18,567 bases of DNA from positions 1-18,567 of IMG/VR virus record IMGVR_UViG_3300045988_002631. The stretch is one strand, 5' to 3'. Under the pieces are notes generated by a model, which worked only from the letters and a program-made list of their open reading frames with translations, was not told the origin of the DNA and did not search any database. Each line of letters starts with the position of its first letter. Within the stretch, counting starts at the first letter, position 1. A program made the translations under genes and the position numbers. Below are positions 6,178 to 13,082 of this stretch, one piece after another. The DNA comes from a virus.

Positions 6178-6684
6178 TTACTGTCGTGGCGTGACTCTCG
6201 GCTCATTATTGCCGAAGATGGTTTTATTACCCAATACCGCCCAAGTGATGCAATCATGTTGCGCGGCCTGAGCTGCGGTCATGGTTGCCATCTGGTCGAC
6301 CCGCGCGCCGAATACGGCGAGTTCGCGGTAGATATCACGGTTCGTGTTCTCCGAGTTCTCATATCGTCCTGTGGTCGGATTGTAGGTGATCTCGCTGTTT
6401 TCAAACTTGTCGAGTTTTGCGGCCAGATCATCCAGTGTTGAGTTTACGCTGGCCTGCCATGCGGCTACCTGCGCTAGAGTCTTGTTGATGGCGTCAATGT
6501 CCGCGTTTTCGTCTTTTGCGAGATCGTCCACCGACTCGCGCAGTTCGTCCAAGTGTTCGGCCACCTCCTGCACGTAACCGAGCACTGTCAACGTATCGCG
6601 GTATGAAAAAGGCTGAACCGTCGTGAAATATCGCTGCCGCGGGTCAACATCCAAGGGCGCGGCGCACATGTTAATTCCGTCCAT
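6178..6684 (-). CDS. Hypothetical structural protein with central coiled-coil (168 aa)
   Basis: The start is taken as ATG 6684 (GGAGG 3 nt upstream) rather than TTG 6708. It lies between the lower collar and fibre genes. The central region is heptad-like (EVAEHLDELRESVDDLAKDENADIDAINKTLAQVAAWQASVNSTLDDLAAKLDKFE). No family recognised. Confidence 0.6.
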   Translation of the reverse strand: MDGINMCAAPLDVDPRQRYFTTVQPFSYRDTLTVLGYVQEVAEHLDELRESVDDLAKDENADIDAINKTLAQVAAWQASVNSTLDDLAAKLDKFENSEITYNPTTGRYENSENTNRDIYRELAVFGARVDQMATMTAAQAAQHDCITWAVLGNKTIFGNNEPRVTPRQ

Positions 6685-6715
6685 AATCCTCCAATCTGTC
6701 AATGTCAAGTATACT

Positions 6716-7528
6716 CTAGTGGCCGAGATTGTAGGCGAGTGACGTGGAATACAATTGTGGCACGTTGGTCATGTTGTCACCGCTCCCCCACACACCCATA
6801 AACAAGTCTTCCAAAGAGTTGATTACCATCATGTCGATGTTGAGCATGGTGTTACGCCAATCCTGTAAGAGCTGTGACTGCGAGCCACTGGTGCCGAGCG
6901 TATGCGACACGCTGTTTCCCTTGTCGGAGGAATGCAAAAAATCGGTGTTGCTGGTGCTGGACGCGGTGGCGGTACTGTCCTGCTGAGTGCTCGTATGCGT
7001 GTTGCCTGTCGAGTCCGTTTGCGATGCGGTTGTGGCGTACCTTCGGAAGTCGTCAATGCGAGTCTGCGGAAACTCGCTGTTGAACGTCATTGACGAATTG
7101 TCGGCCGTGGTGTCGGACGTGCTGTTCGCAGTGGACTCGTTCGATTGTGTGCCGCTCGATTTGCCACTGGACTCGTTAACACTGGTGGAGTCCATCGACT
7201 GCTTAATGTCGGACGTGATAAAGGGGTCAAACTTGCGCTGGGCGGACAAATAGAGTTGGTTGAAATAGTCCATCTGCTCTCGCATGGTACGGCCTAGATA
7301 AAACACGAACATTTGCGGCGTTTCACTGCCGATTTCACGCAGTGCGTAGTGCGCCACTATTTTCTCGTTGAGGATCGCCCTGTGGTTTTCGTCGAAAATC
7401 GGATAATATTGAGCGCTCAAATGCAGTTTTTCATCCGTGTCAAAACCGCGTGCAATTAGATTACCAAGCGTTAAGGTGTAATCCGCCATGCTGTCTTTAA
7501 CCGCATACATGCTCAAGTCCTGCACCAT
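6716..7528 (-). CDS. Lower collar protein (phi29 gp11-like)
   Basis: 270 aa. It follows the connector gene directly (stop, 2 nt, ATG). The N-terminal region YYPIFDENHRAILNEKIVAHYALREIGSETPQMF matches my recollection of the lower-collar family. The middle and C-terminal parts are Ser/Thr/Asn-rich low complexity. Confidence 0.65.
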   Translation of the reverse strand: MVQDLSMYAVKDSMADYTLTLGNLIARGFDTDEKLHLSAQYYPIFDENHRAILNEKIVAHYALREIGSETPQMFVFYLGRTMREQMDYFNQLYLSAQRKFDPFITSDIKQSMDSTSVNESSGKSSGTQSNESTANSTSDTTADNSSMTFNSEFPQTRIDDFRRYATTASQTDSTGNTHTSTQQDSTATASSTSNTDFLHSSDKGNSVSHTLGTSGSQSQLLQDWRNTMLNIDMMVINSLEDLFMGVWGSGDNMTNVPQLYSTSLAYNLGH

Positions 7529-7530
7529 AT

Positions 7531-8469
7531 TTATTCCTCTTCCTTGTTTCCGTCAACGTCCAAGAGTCCGCCCGAAGTCGTGTCGTTCCACTCGATACCG
7601 ATCGGCTTCCCAGAGTCGGCCATTTGCGGCCACAACCGGTTGATCGTGTCGCACGCCTGTTGACGCGCCTTCAAGTAGCTCAGGCGAAAGACGTTTGTGC
7701 GACTGTTTCCTGCAGTCACTTCCGACTCAAGTAGTCGTTCCTTCTTCTCCGTCGTGCTGTTGTCGATGCCGAGGTAGTTTACAAGTTCGTTCCAGATCTG
7801 CGTCTTCGTCGTGATGATCTTATCCGCCAAAAACGGGGTGACGTTGGGGAATGTCTGGAACATGCCGGTAATGTCGGCGCTATCGTACGTGTAAATGTAT
7901 GGGTCTCCGTCTTCGCGCGCCTTCATCAAGTTTTGGGCGGTGAGTTTGTTGGTTTCGGACGTGGCGATGATCAACGGCACCGAAATATTGTCGAGGTTGA
8001 CGTCCAACGCGCGGTCTGCAATGGCGAGTCGTGTGGCGTAATTCCACATGACGTCAATCATGGTGCATCTGAGCTGATTATCCCAAATCGGTACGCATTC
8101 CTTGCTCCCGATTTGCGGGTGCGAGTAGTTTGTGGCAACCGGCTGAAAAGACGTCGGATTATTGTAATTGTTGACTCCGCCAAGCGCTCCCGACGTGACC
8201 ATGAAACGGTGCACACCCTTGCGCTTATCGGGGAAGAAGAGTGCTAGGCCGTTTTCAAAAAGGGTCAGTTCCAGGTATCGTTCGTCAATGTAGGGAGGAA
8301 GGTTAATCCACTTGAACCGCGACACTGCCAACATCTCAATCAGCTTCATATATTGATTGATGCGCAGTGACTGCCGCATTTCAGGTAGGTTCAGATTGCC
8401 CCACATGGAGCCAAGCACGCTCTGGTTATCCCAGTGCGTGGCCCTACGCGCGTTATTGCGCTTGCCCAT
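7531..8469 (-). CDS. Head-tail connector / portal (phi29 gp10-like upper collar)
   Basis: 312 aa from ATG 8469; the ORF track starts at GTG 8478. The N-terminus is basic (MGKRNNARR). The motif FKWINLPPYIDERYLELTLFENGLALFF parallels remembered phi29 gp10 (FEWENLPPTINPSFLEKSI...GYVGFY). Size and position also match. Confidence 0.8.
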   Translation of the reverse strand: MGKRNNARRATHWDNQSVLGSMWGNLNLPEMRQSLRINQYMKLIEMLAVSRFKWINLPPYIDERYLELTLFENGLALFFPDKRKGVHRFMVTSGALGGVNNYNNPTSFQPVATNYSHPQIGSKECVPIWDNQLRCTMIDVMWNYATRLAIADRALDVNLDNISVPLIIATSETNKLTAQNLMKAREDGDPYIYTYDSADITGMFQTFPNVTPFLADKIITTKTQIWNELVNYLGIDNSTTEKKERLLESEVTAGNSRTNVFRLSYLKARQQACDTINRLWPQMADSGKPIGIEWNDTTSGGLLDVDGNKEEE

Positions 8470-8491
8470 GTTTTTCACCGTCCTTAATAAT

Positions 8492-8521
8492 AATGGAGAG
8501 AGGTTTTACGCTCTCTCCATT
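8492..8521 (-). terminator. 11-bp hairpin between tail-knob and connector genes (partial terminator)
   Basis: AATGGAGAGAG (8492-8502) pairs with CTCTCTCCATT (8511-8521), with an 8-nt loop. On the minus strand it is followed by AUUAUUAUUAAGGAC. Confidence 0.45.
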
Positions 8522-8525
8522 ATAT

Positions 8526-10754
8526 CTAGTATGCGATACCGGCAAGCGGCACGTTATCCGCATAATCGGTGACGCCGATCTTATCGGGGTCAGTCCATAC
8601 CGTCACACCACTCTCGAAAATTCCCTTCACTGTCAATCGGTACTCTTCGGGGCACGTCGAACTACGCACGTACAATTCATGCAGTTTCCAATAGGTGAAA
8701 TTGGACATTGCCATTAAATTTTCTGGCAACCGCATAAATCGCTGTACGTAGTAACCGTACCTTAACCACACTTCGCCAATGGAGCGCATGGCTGCTGGAG
8801 GAATCTGCCGGAAACGTACCATGACACCGATCAGCCCGTTCGCAAGGTTGAAGGCGTCCCCGCCAAGCGCCCCCGACGTGGTAGGGGGTATCGTTTGGGT
8901 CTGCTGCACCTGTGCGTTGATGCCCGCGATCGTGTTTTCATAATCGCCTTGCGCGGTGGCCTGAGCGAGTTGCCGGTTCATATCCGCGAACTGCATAGTC
9001 TGTTGATTCCCCAAGTTGGTTTGCGCAAGCGAGTAGGCGTTGGCCTGTGAGGTGCTTGCGTTGTTGGTGGTTTGCGTGTTCGCCAATTGTTGGTTCGCGC
9101 TTGACACGTTGTTGTTGTAGGTTTGCTGGTTCGTCCATGCGCCGATCGCGGTTCCCGCGATGGCACCGGCCACACCGCCAATATTGCCCGTGACTGCGGA
9201 ACCGACTGCGTTTGCCACACCCGAACCGATAGTGTTCAATTGCGACATTTGGTTGTTGAAGCCGAGGTTTTTCAGTGTCAAGTCGGTGCTCATTTGCGCA
9301 GACTGGTTGCTGATCGCATTCATGGCATTACGGTTCGACGTTCCAAGCCTGTTCTGCGCACTTGCATATTGCGTGCCGAGCTGGGCTTGCGCGTAGGCGT
9401 TGTTAATGCCCATTTGAGTTTTTTGAAAACTCCAATCCGCGCTTTGCTGCGCATATTGACGCGTGTATGCGGAATTGGCGAGTGCAAGGGCGCTGCCGTT
9501 GTTCACCGTCATGAAAGTTGGGAAATTGGTGATGCCAAATGATGCGTTGAGCATTTCGCCCGAATCGATCGGCAGACCGGAGTCTTTAGGCAATGGTGAT
9601 TGTTCGCTGACACTCCCGGCGTTGTATCCGCGCGGATAGAAATTGAGTCGCGGAGACGGTGGCGCGTAGTCCCATGATTCTCGAATGGTCAAGTCAGCGC
9701 TTGGTATCTGTTCGGGATTATAGGTAATCACGGTACCGTTGAGACACGAGCACTCCAGTACCGCGTATGGTGCGGTGCGGAATTTTTGCAGATACTTGTA
9801 CCGTTCGGGGAGTTTGAAATTATCACGGAAGTCCTTGATATGGATAATGTCGGCGTAGCGGCTTTTGGCGTCGTTATGTCTGATCTCCAAGCGGTAGCAG
9901 TCGCCACGCCAGTCGATCATGTGGTTGAAGAACACGCCCGGTTTCTGCTGATTTTTCAAAAGGGCTTCGGGGAGCTGTGGAATGGCGTAGATGCCGCAAA
10001 TGCCCTGTGTCACCCAAGGGTATTCCGCGCCCGCGCCCATCACTGCGAGGAAGTCCAAGGCGTCCGAGAAATAGTATAATGCTGTGCCGTTTGTGTGGTT
10101 TTCGAAAGCGCTGCCGTCCGCGCATGTGGTTTTCGGTGCGCTTGCGGTGCCGGGGTCGGTGTCCAGTTTGGTGGTTGACACCACGAGCACTCCGAAGGTG
10201 GTGTAGCCGTTCGTTTCGCCGATCAGACTCCTGTATTGCTGTCCCGTGACCACCATTGCCTTGCCCGTATCCAGTCCTTCGGGCAGGTCGAGATAGGTGC
10301 GGCCCCAGTCTTTCCAAGCGTTTTCGTTGGCAATGCCGACGTGTCCGCGTTCGACGTACGCGTTGCCGAGTTGGATGTCATGCTGGAATGACTGCCACAC
10401 GTCCAGCTGGATGTTGAGCTGTGTTGTGTTCGCGTTGATATAGTCGCATGTCTGGACGAAATAATACCATGAACGGGGGGTGTCGAAGTCGTAGTCGTTC
10501 GTCGCGATCAGGTAGTTGTATTTCGATGCTTGCGCGAACGGCACCGGCAGTCGTACCGGCAACCCATACTTCGACATGGTGCAGTTTGTGAACTCGATGC
10601 CATCCAGACGCCCGAAATAGTCATGCTGAGCCTGTCTATCCCATTTCACAATATCCCTGTATCCCATATCCCACGGCACGTTACAGAGTTTGAATCGTGT
10701 GTTCGGCGTCCATTTCGCGTAGCTGAAATTGATTGGCAAATCGTTTGCGCCCAT
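8526..10754 (-). CDS. Tail knob / distal tail tube protein (phi29 gp9-like)
   Basis: 742 aa from ATG 10754, with AGGAGGG upstream; the extension to 10799 crosses a terminator hairpin. It lies between the capsid and connector genes, as gp9 does. The N-terminus FKLCNVPWDMGYRDIVKWDRQAQHDYF resembles the gp9-family opening. It has an internal Gln/Asn-rich region and a Gly/Ala hydrophobic loop. Confidence 0.7.
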   Translation of the reverse strand: MGANDLPINFSYAKWTPNTRFKLCNVPWDMGYRDIVKWDRQAQHDYFGRLDGIEFTNCTMSKYGLPVRLPVPFAQASKYNYLIATNDYDFDTPRSWYYFVQTCDYINANTTQLNIQLDVWQSFQHDIQLGNAYVERGHVGIANENAWKDWGRTYLDLPEGLDTGKAMVVTGQQYRSLIGETNGYTTFGVLVVSTTKLDTDPGTASAPKTTCADGSAFENHTNGTALYYFSDALDFLAVMGAGAEYPWVTQGICGIYAIPQLPEALLKNQQKPGVFFNHMIDWRGDCYRLEIRHNDAKSRYADIIHIKDFRDNFKLPERYKYLQKFRTAPYAVLECSCLNGTVITYNPEQIPSADLTIRESWDYAPPSPRLNFYPRGYNAGSVSEQSPLPKDSGLPIDSGEMLNASFGITNFPTFMTVNNGSALALANSAYTRQYAQQSADWSFQKTQMGINNAYAQAQLGTQYASAQNRLGTSNRNAMNAISNQSAQMSTDLTLKNLGFNNQMSQLNTIGSGVANAVGSAVTGNIGGVAGAIAGTAIGAWTNQQTYNNNVSSANQQLANTQTTNNASTSQANAYSLAQTNLGNQQTMQFADMNRQLAQATAQGDYENTIAGINAQVQQTQTIPPTTSGALGGDAFNLANGLIGVMVRFRQIPPAAMRSIGEVWLRYGYYVQRFMRLPENLMAMSNFTYWKLHELYVRSSTCPEEYRLTVKGIFESGVTVWTDPDKIGVTDYADNVPLAGIAY

Positions 10755-10773
10755 AAACCCTCCTAAAAATAAT

Positions 10774-10801
10774 AGGTGTGGATAAAAGTCTATCCACACC
10801 T
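10774..10801 (-). terminator. Intrinsic terminator after the major capsid gene
   Basis: AGGTGTGGATA (10774-10784) pairs with TATCCACACCT (10791-10801), with a 6-nt loop. On the minus strand it is followed by AUUAUUUUUAGGAGGG. Confidence 0.7.
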
Positions 10802-10824
10802 ATTCTAGCTGCTATTGCTTAACC

Positions 10825-12549
10825 TTAACCTTTGGCGGCAATGGAAACTTGCGTATCGCCTTCTGCGCCTGCAAACTTTGCGGCAACATTGGCAGTACCT
10901 GCCGCCTTGCCAGTCACTACGCCGTTAGGACTGATAGTTGCGGCAGAGCCGCCAACTACCCATCGTGCGAGATTGGTTACGTCGACAGTATTCCCGTCTG
11001 TCTTACGGGCAATGGCCTTAAGTGCCGTGGACTCTCCGACCTTGATGTCCTTGTTGCCATCGATTCTAAGGGATTCGATGGCTCCCGTCTTCCAGCCGCC
11101 GAGCCAAGTACCGACCACCGGCACATCGAGCGCGGCGGAAACCGTCTGGTCGATTTCCGGCGTTGCCGGATTGATATAGGTGGCCTGAGCCGTGACCTTA
11201 AGCGTTTCGGCGGTTTCGTCCAAACCGCAACGCAGGATGCCATTATTATCGATAGTGGTAAACTGTGAAGTCGCGCCCTCAAGTCCATAGGTGATGCCGA
11301 CCGGCTGGAAGGACGCATTAGCCTTGTTACCACTTTCGATAGTGGACACCACCTGCACCAAGTCGCCACGGGACACGTTTTGCGGGGTGACGGCGGGCTG
11401 ACCGTATTTCTGCACTTTAAGCTCGAATATCGGCTTGCTGGTAGTAAGAGTATCGGGCAACGTAACGGAATTGACGGAACCTTCACCAGTCCAAAACAGA
11501 ATCGCGTTCGCAAACGGGTTAGGGGTGATGCTGCCACGATGCTTGTAGAAGATGTTGCGCGTGCCGTCAATCGGGTTCACGGGGGAGTTGGTGGTTTCCA
11601 ACATTTCATCCCAGCAGAAAAAGAAGTCCTCCGTGGTCAGGACGGCCTGTACCTTACCGCCCTGTCCGCCGATACCGAACATGTCCTCCGGGATCGGGAT
11701 GATGCGATATGGCACGTTCACCTTGTCGATGTTGAACGCGGCGGCCAATGCTTCGACGTTGAGCGCTGCGATAACCTGCGGGGTGGCGAAGAGGATGGCT
11801 TCCGAATCGCGCCACGGAGTCACCCACGACATGGCATTATATCGGGGCATGGCGCTCATTGGCGACGCCTTGAGTTCGTTCGCCATCTGCTGAATGAGTC
11901 GCAGCAGGCCCTTCGCGTCCGCTTCGGTCGAGTCGGCCTTGCCAACGTCGGGGGTATGCACGCGGTAGAAACCGCCCTTACGCGCATACTCGGCAAAGCA
12001 CTGAGTCTTCATCAAGTACATGTCGTTTCTATCCGAAAGGATAGGCGCGTTCATGATTTCCGCGATGTAATCCGACATTCCGCTTTCGCCATCAAAAGCG
12101 GTCAACAAAGCGTCTTCCGGGATAGTGACGGGATAATAATGATCGAACGTGAGCGGGTGGAATACGGACGCGGTTGGCAGCGAGTATCGTCCATACACAT
12201 CATCCCCAAGGTACTCTTTGTTAAAATTACGGGTGCGTGCCTTGACCAAGCCGACTGCGGCCTGTTCGTAGGTGCTGCCGTAGCGCTTCAAGGTGCGGGG
12301 GGAGCCGATAAGCTTGAGCGGGTCATCCCAGTCGGCGTGCTGGATATAAAGGCCGATCAGTCGCTGGATAAGCACCCCCGTGAACTCGTCACGAAGGTAG
12401 GGGAAGTTGCGCATGGTGTCCACCGCATTGCGGATATTGCCTTGAGTCGCGGAGGGAATGCGGGTCTGGAACTGTGGTGAAGTGGCGTTACGGACGGCGT
12501 TGAAAATCTCAACGTCACCCTTGCCTGCAAGTGGTCGAATATTGGACAT
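10825..12549 (-). CDS. Major capsid protein with C-terminal Ig-like (Big_2) decoration domain(s)
   Basis: 574 aa. It follows the scaffold gene directly, has RBS GAAAGG, and is closed by a terminator. The last ~85 aa (LRIDGNKDIKVGESTALKAIARKTDGNTVDVTNLARWVVGGSAATISPNGVVTGKAAGTANVAAKF) fit the Big_2 pattern, as in phi29 gp8. A second Ig-like stretch precedes it. Confidence 0.8.
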   Translation of the reverse strand: MSNIRPLAGKGDVEIFNAVRNATSPQFQTRIPSATQGNIRNAVDTMRNFPYLRDEFTGVLIQRLIGLYIQHADWDDPLKLIGSPRTLKRYGSTYEQAAVGLVKARTRNFNKEYLGDDVYGRYSLPTASVFHPLTFDHYYPVTIPEDALLTAFDGESGMSDYIAEIMNAPILSDRNDMYLMKTQCFAEYARKGGFYRVHTPDVGKADSTEADAKGLLRLIQQMANELKASPMSAMPRYNAMSWVTPWRDSEAILFATPQVIAALNVEALAAAFNIDKVNVPYRIIPIPEDMFGIGGQGGKVQAVLTTEDFFFCWDEMLETTNSPVNPIDGTRNIFYKHRGSITPNPFANAILFWTGEGSVNSVTLPDTLTTSKPIFELKVQKYGQPAVTPQNVSRGDLVQVVSTIESGNKANASFQPVGITYGLEGATSQFTTIDNNGILRCGLDETAETLKVTAQATYINPATPEIDQTVSAALDVPVVGTWLGGWKTGAIESLRIDGNKDIKVGESTALKAIARKTDGNTVDVTNLARWVVGGSAATISPNGVVTGKAAGTANVAAKFAGAEGDTQVSIAAKG

Positions 12550-12565
12550 TGTTTATACCTTTCTT

Positions 12566-12847
12566 TTAGTCGAACAAATCTTCGATTGACTCGCCATCAT
12601 TGTCGTTGTCGCCGTCATTGTCGGACGGTGCCGGTTCGGTGTAGCCAAGCGTGTCCATCATGGCCTTGAGTGCGGCCAATTCCTTTTCGATACCGTCAAG
12701 GCGCGCGCTTACATCCGGTTCGGACGGCTCCGGTTCCGGTTCCGGTTCTTTCGGCTTGACCTCATCGTCAACGGTTTCCGTCTGCTGTTCCTCTTCGGTC
12801 GGCGGCGGAGTAGTTGTTTCCTCTCCCTCATTGTTTGGATCTGCCAT
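12566..12847 (-). CDS. Putative scaffolding protein (93 aa, highly acidic)
   Basis: The start is ATG 12847 with AAGGAG 7 nt upstream. The protein begins MADPNNEGEETTTPPPTEEEQQ... and has a PEPEPEPEP tract and a helical C-terminus (LDGIEKELAALKAMMDTLG). Size and position immediately upstream of the capsid gene match phi29 gp7. Confidence 0.6.
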   Translation of the reverse strand: MADPNNEGEETTTPPPTEEEQQTETVDDEVKPKEPEPEPEPSEPDVSARLDGIEKELAALKAMMDTLGYTEPAPSDNDGDNDNDGESIEDLFD

Positions 12848-12881
12848 GCAAAACTCCTTACATTGTAGTGTTTTCATCAAA

Positions 12882-12890
12882 ATTATATCA
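12882..12890 (-). promoter_or_regulatory. Late-operon promoter candidate, extended -10 TGATATAAT
   Basis: The minus strand reads TGATATAAT, about 35 nt upstream of the scaffold ATG and just downstream of the early terminator. There is no good -35 (TCATTT at 17-nt spacing), which would fit activator dependence. Confidence 0.5.
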
Positions 12891-12899
12891 TGCGGTGGG

Positions 12900-12930
12900 A
12901 AAATAAATGACCCCGCAATCACGCGGGGTC
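12900..12930 (-). terminator. Intrinsic terminator ending the early/replication transcription unit
   Basis: GACCCCGC / GCGGGGUC forms an 8-bp stem (12909-12916 with 12923-12930) with a 6-nt loop. On the minus strand it is followed by AUUUAUUUU (12900-12908). Confidence 0.75.
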
Positions 12931-13069
12931 GAACCGTCCTATGTGAGCGCGAGTTGAAAATCGTAGGGCACTACCGCCACGATAGTGATATTCACGGTCG
13001 GCGGCATTCTCAGCCGTGGCAATCCGACCCATGTTGCTCCCAGTCGAAAATCGACGCTCAGAAGACAAT
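12900..13069 (-). ncRNA. Candidate structured non-coding RNA (prohead/packaging pRNA-like) downstream of the DNA polymerase gene
   Basis: The unit is bounded by an extended -10 (TGTTATAAT, 13074-13082) and the 12900-12930 terminator, giving an RNA of about 165 nt. The 5' segment 13055-13069 pairs with 12933-12950: UGAGCG/CGCUCA, plus GUCUU/AGGAC with one wobble pair. Internal hairpins lie at 13043-13055, 12996-13029 and 12960-12983. The position matches phi29 pRNA. Caveat: a 37-aa ORF (12919-13032, GGGAG 4 nt upstream) also fits this region. Confidence 0.35.
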
Positions 13070-13073
13070 AGGC

Positions 13074-13082
13074 ATTATAACA
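13074..13082 (-). promoter_or_regulatory. Extended -10 promoter TGTTATAAT overlapping the polymerase stop codon
   Basis: The minus strand reads ATG GTC ATG TTA TAA T. The TAA stop of the polymerase lies inside the TATAAT hexamer. Confidence 0.45.

Noticed and set aside
6054-6257. 67-aa minus-strand ORF spanning the junction of the 168-aa gene and the small fibre-motif ORF.
   Set aside because: It overlaps two better-supported ORFs out of frame, lacks an RBS and has an odd composition.
6697-6708. Tandem -35 consensus boxes TTGACATTGACA on the minus strand upstream of the 168-aa gene.
   Set aside because: No acceptable -10 lies at 16-18 nt (the best are TATGGA and CGGAAT). It is likely a chance match in a 31-nt intergenic gap.
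11380-12480. 366-aa plus-strand ORF antisense to the capsid gene, plus many other 60-195-aa plus-strand ORFs across 500-15700.
   Set aside because: They lie wholly inside well-supported minus-strand genes and have Arg/Gly/Val-rich compositions typical of antisense frames. They have no RBS or promoter context.
12730-12747. (CCGGTT)x3 microsatellite in the scaffold gene, encoding the PEPEPE tract.
   Set aside because: It is a real repeat but short and in frame. It is a compositional feature of the acidic linker rather than a separate element, and there is nothing to suggest phase variation.
12923-12940. GCGGGGTCGAACCG resembles a tRNA T-arm/T-loop (GGTTCGAA-like).
   Set aside because: The flanks cannot form the 5-bp T-stem, acceptor arm or anticodon arm. 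The segment is explained as one arm of the early terminator hairpin.
12919-13032. 37-aa ORF (MGRIATAENAADREYHYRGGSALRFSTRAHIGRFDPA) inside the candidate ncRNA, with GGGAG 4 nt upstream.
   Set aside because: Not excluded. It is kept as the main alternative to the pRNA hypothesis. It is ranked lower because the peptide has no hydrophobic core or recognisable motif, its stop lies in the terminator loop, and the region shows extensive end-to-end base pairing.
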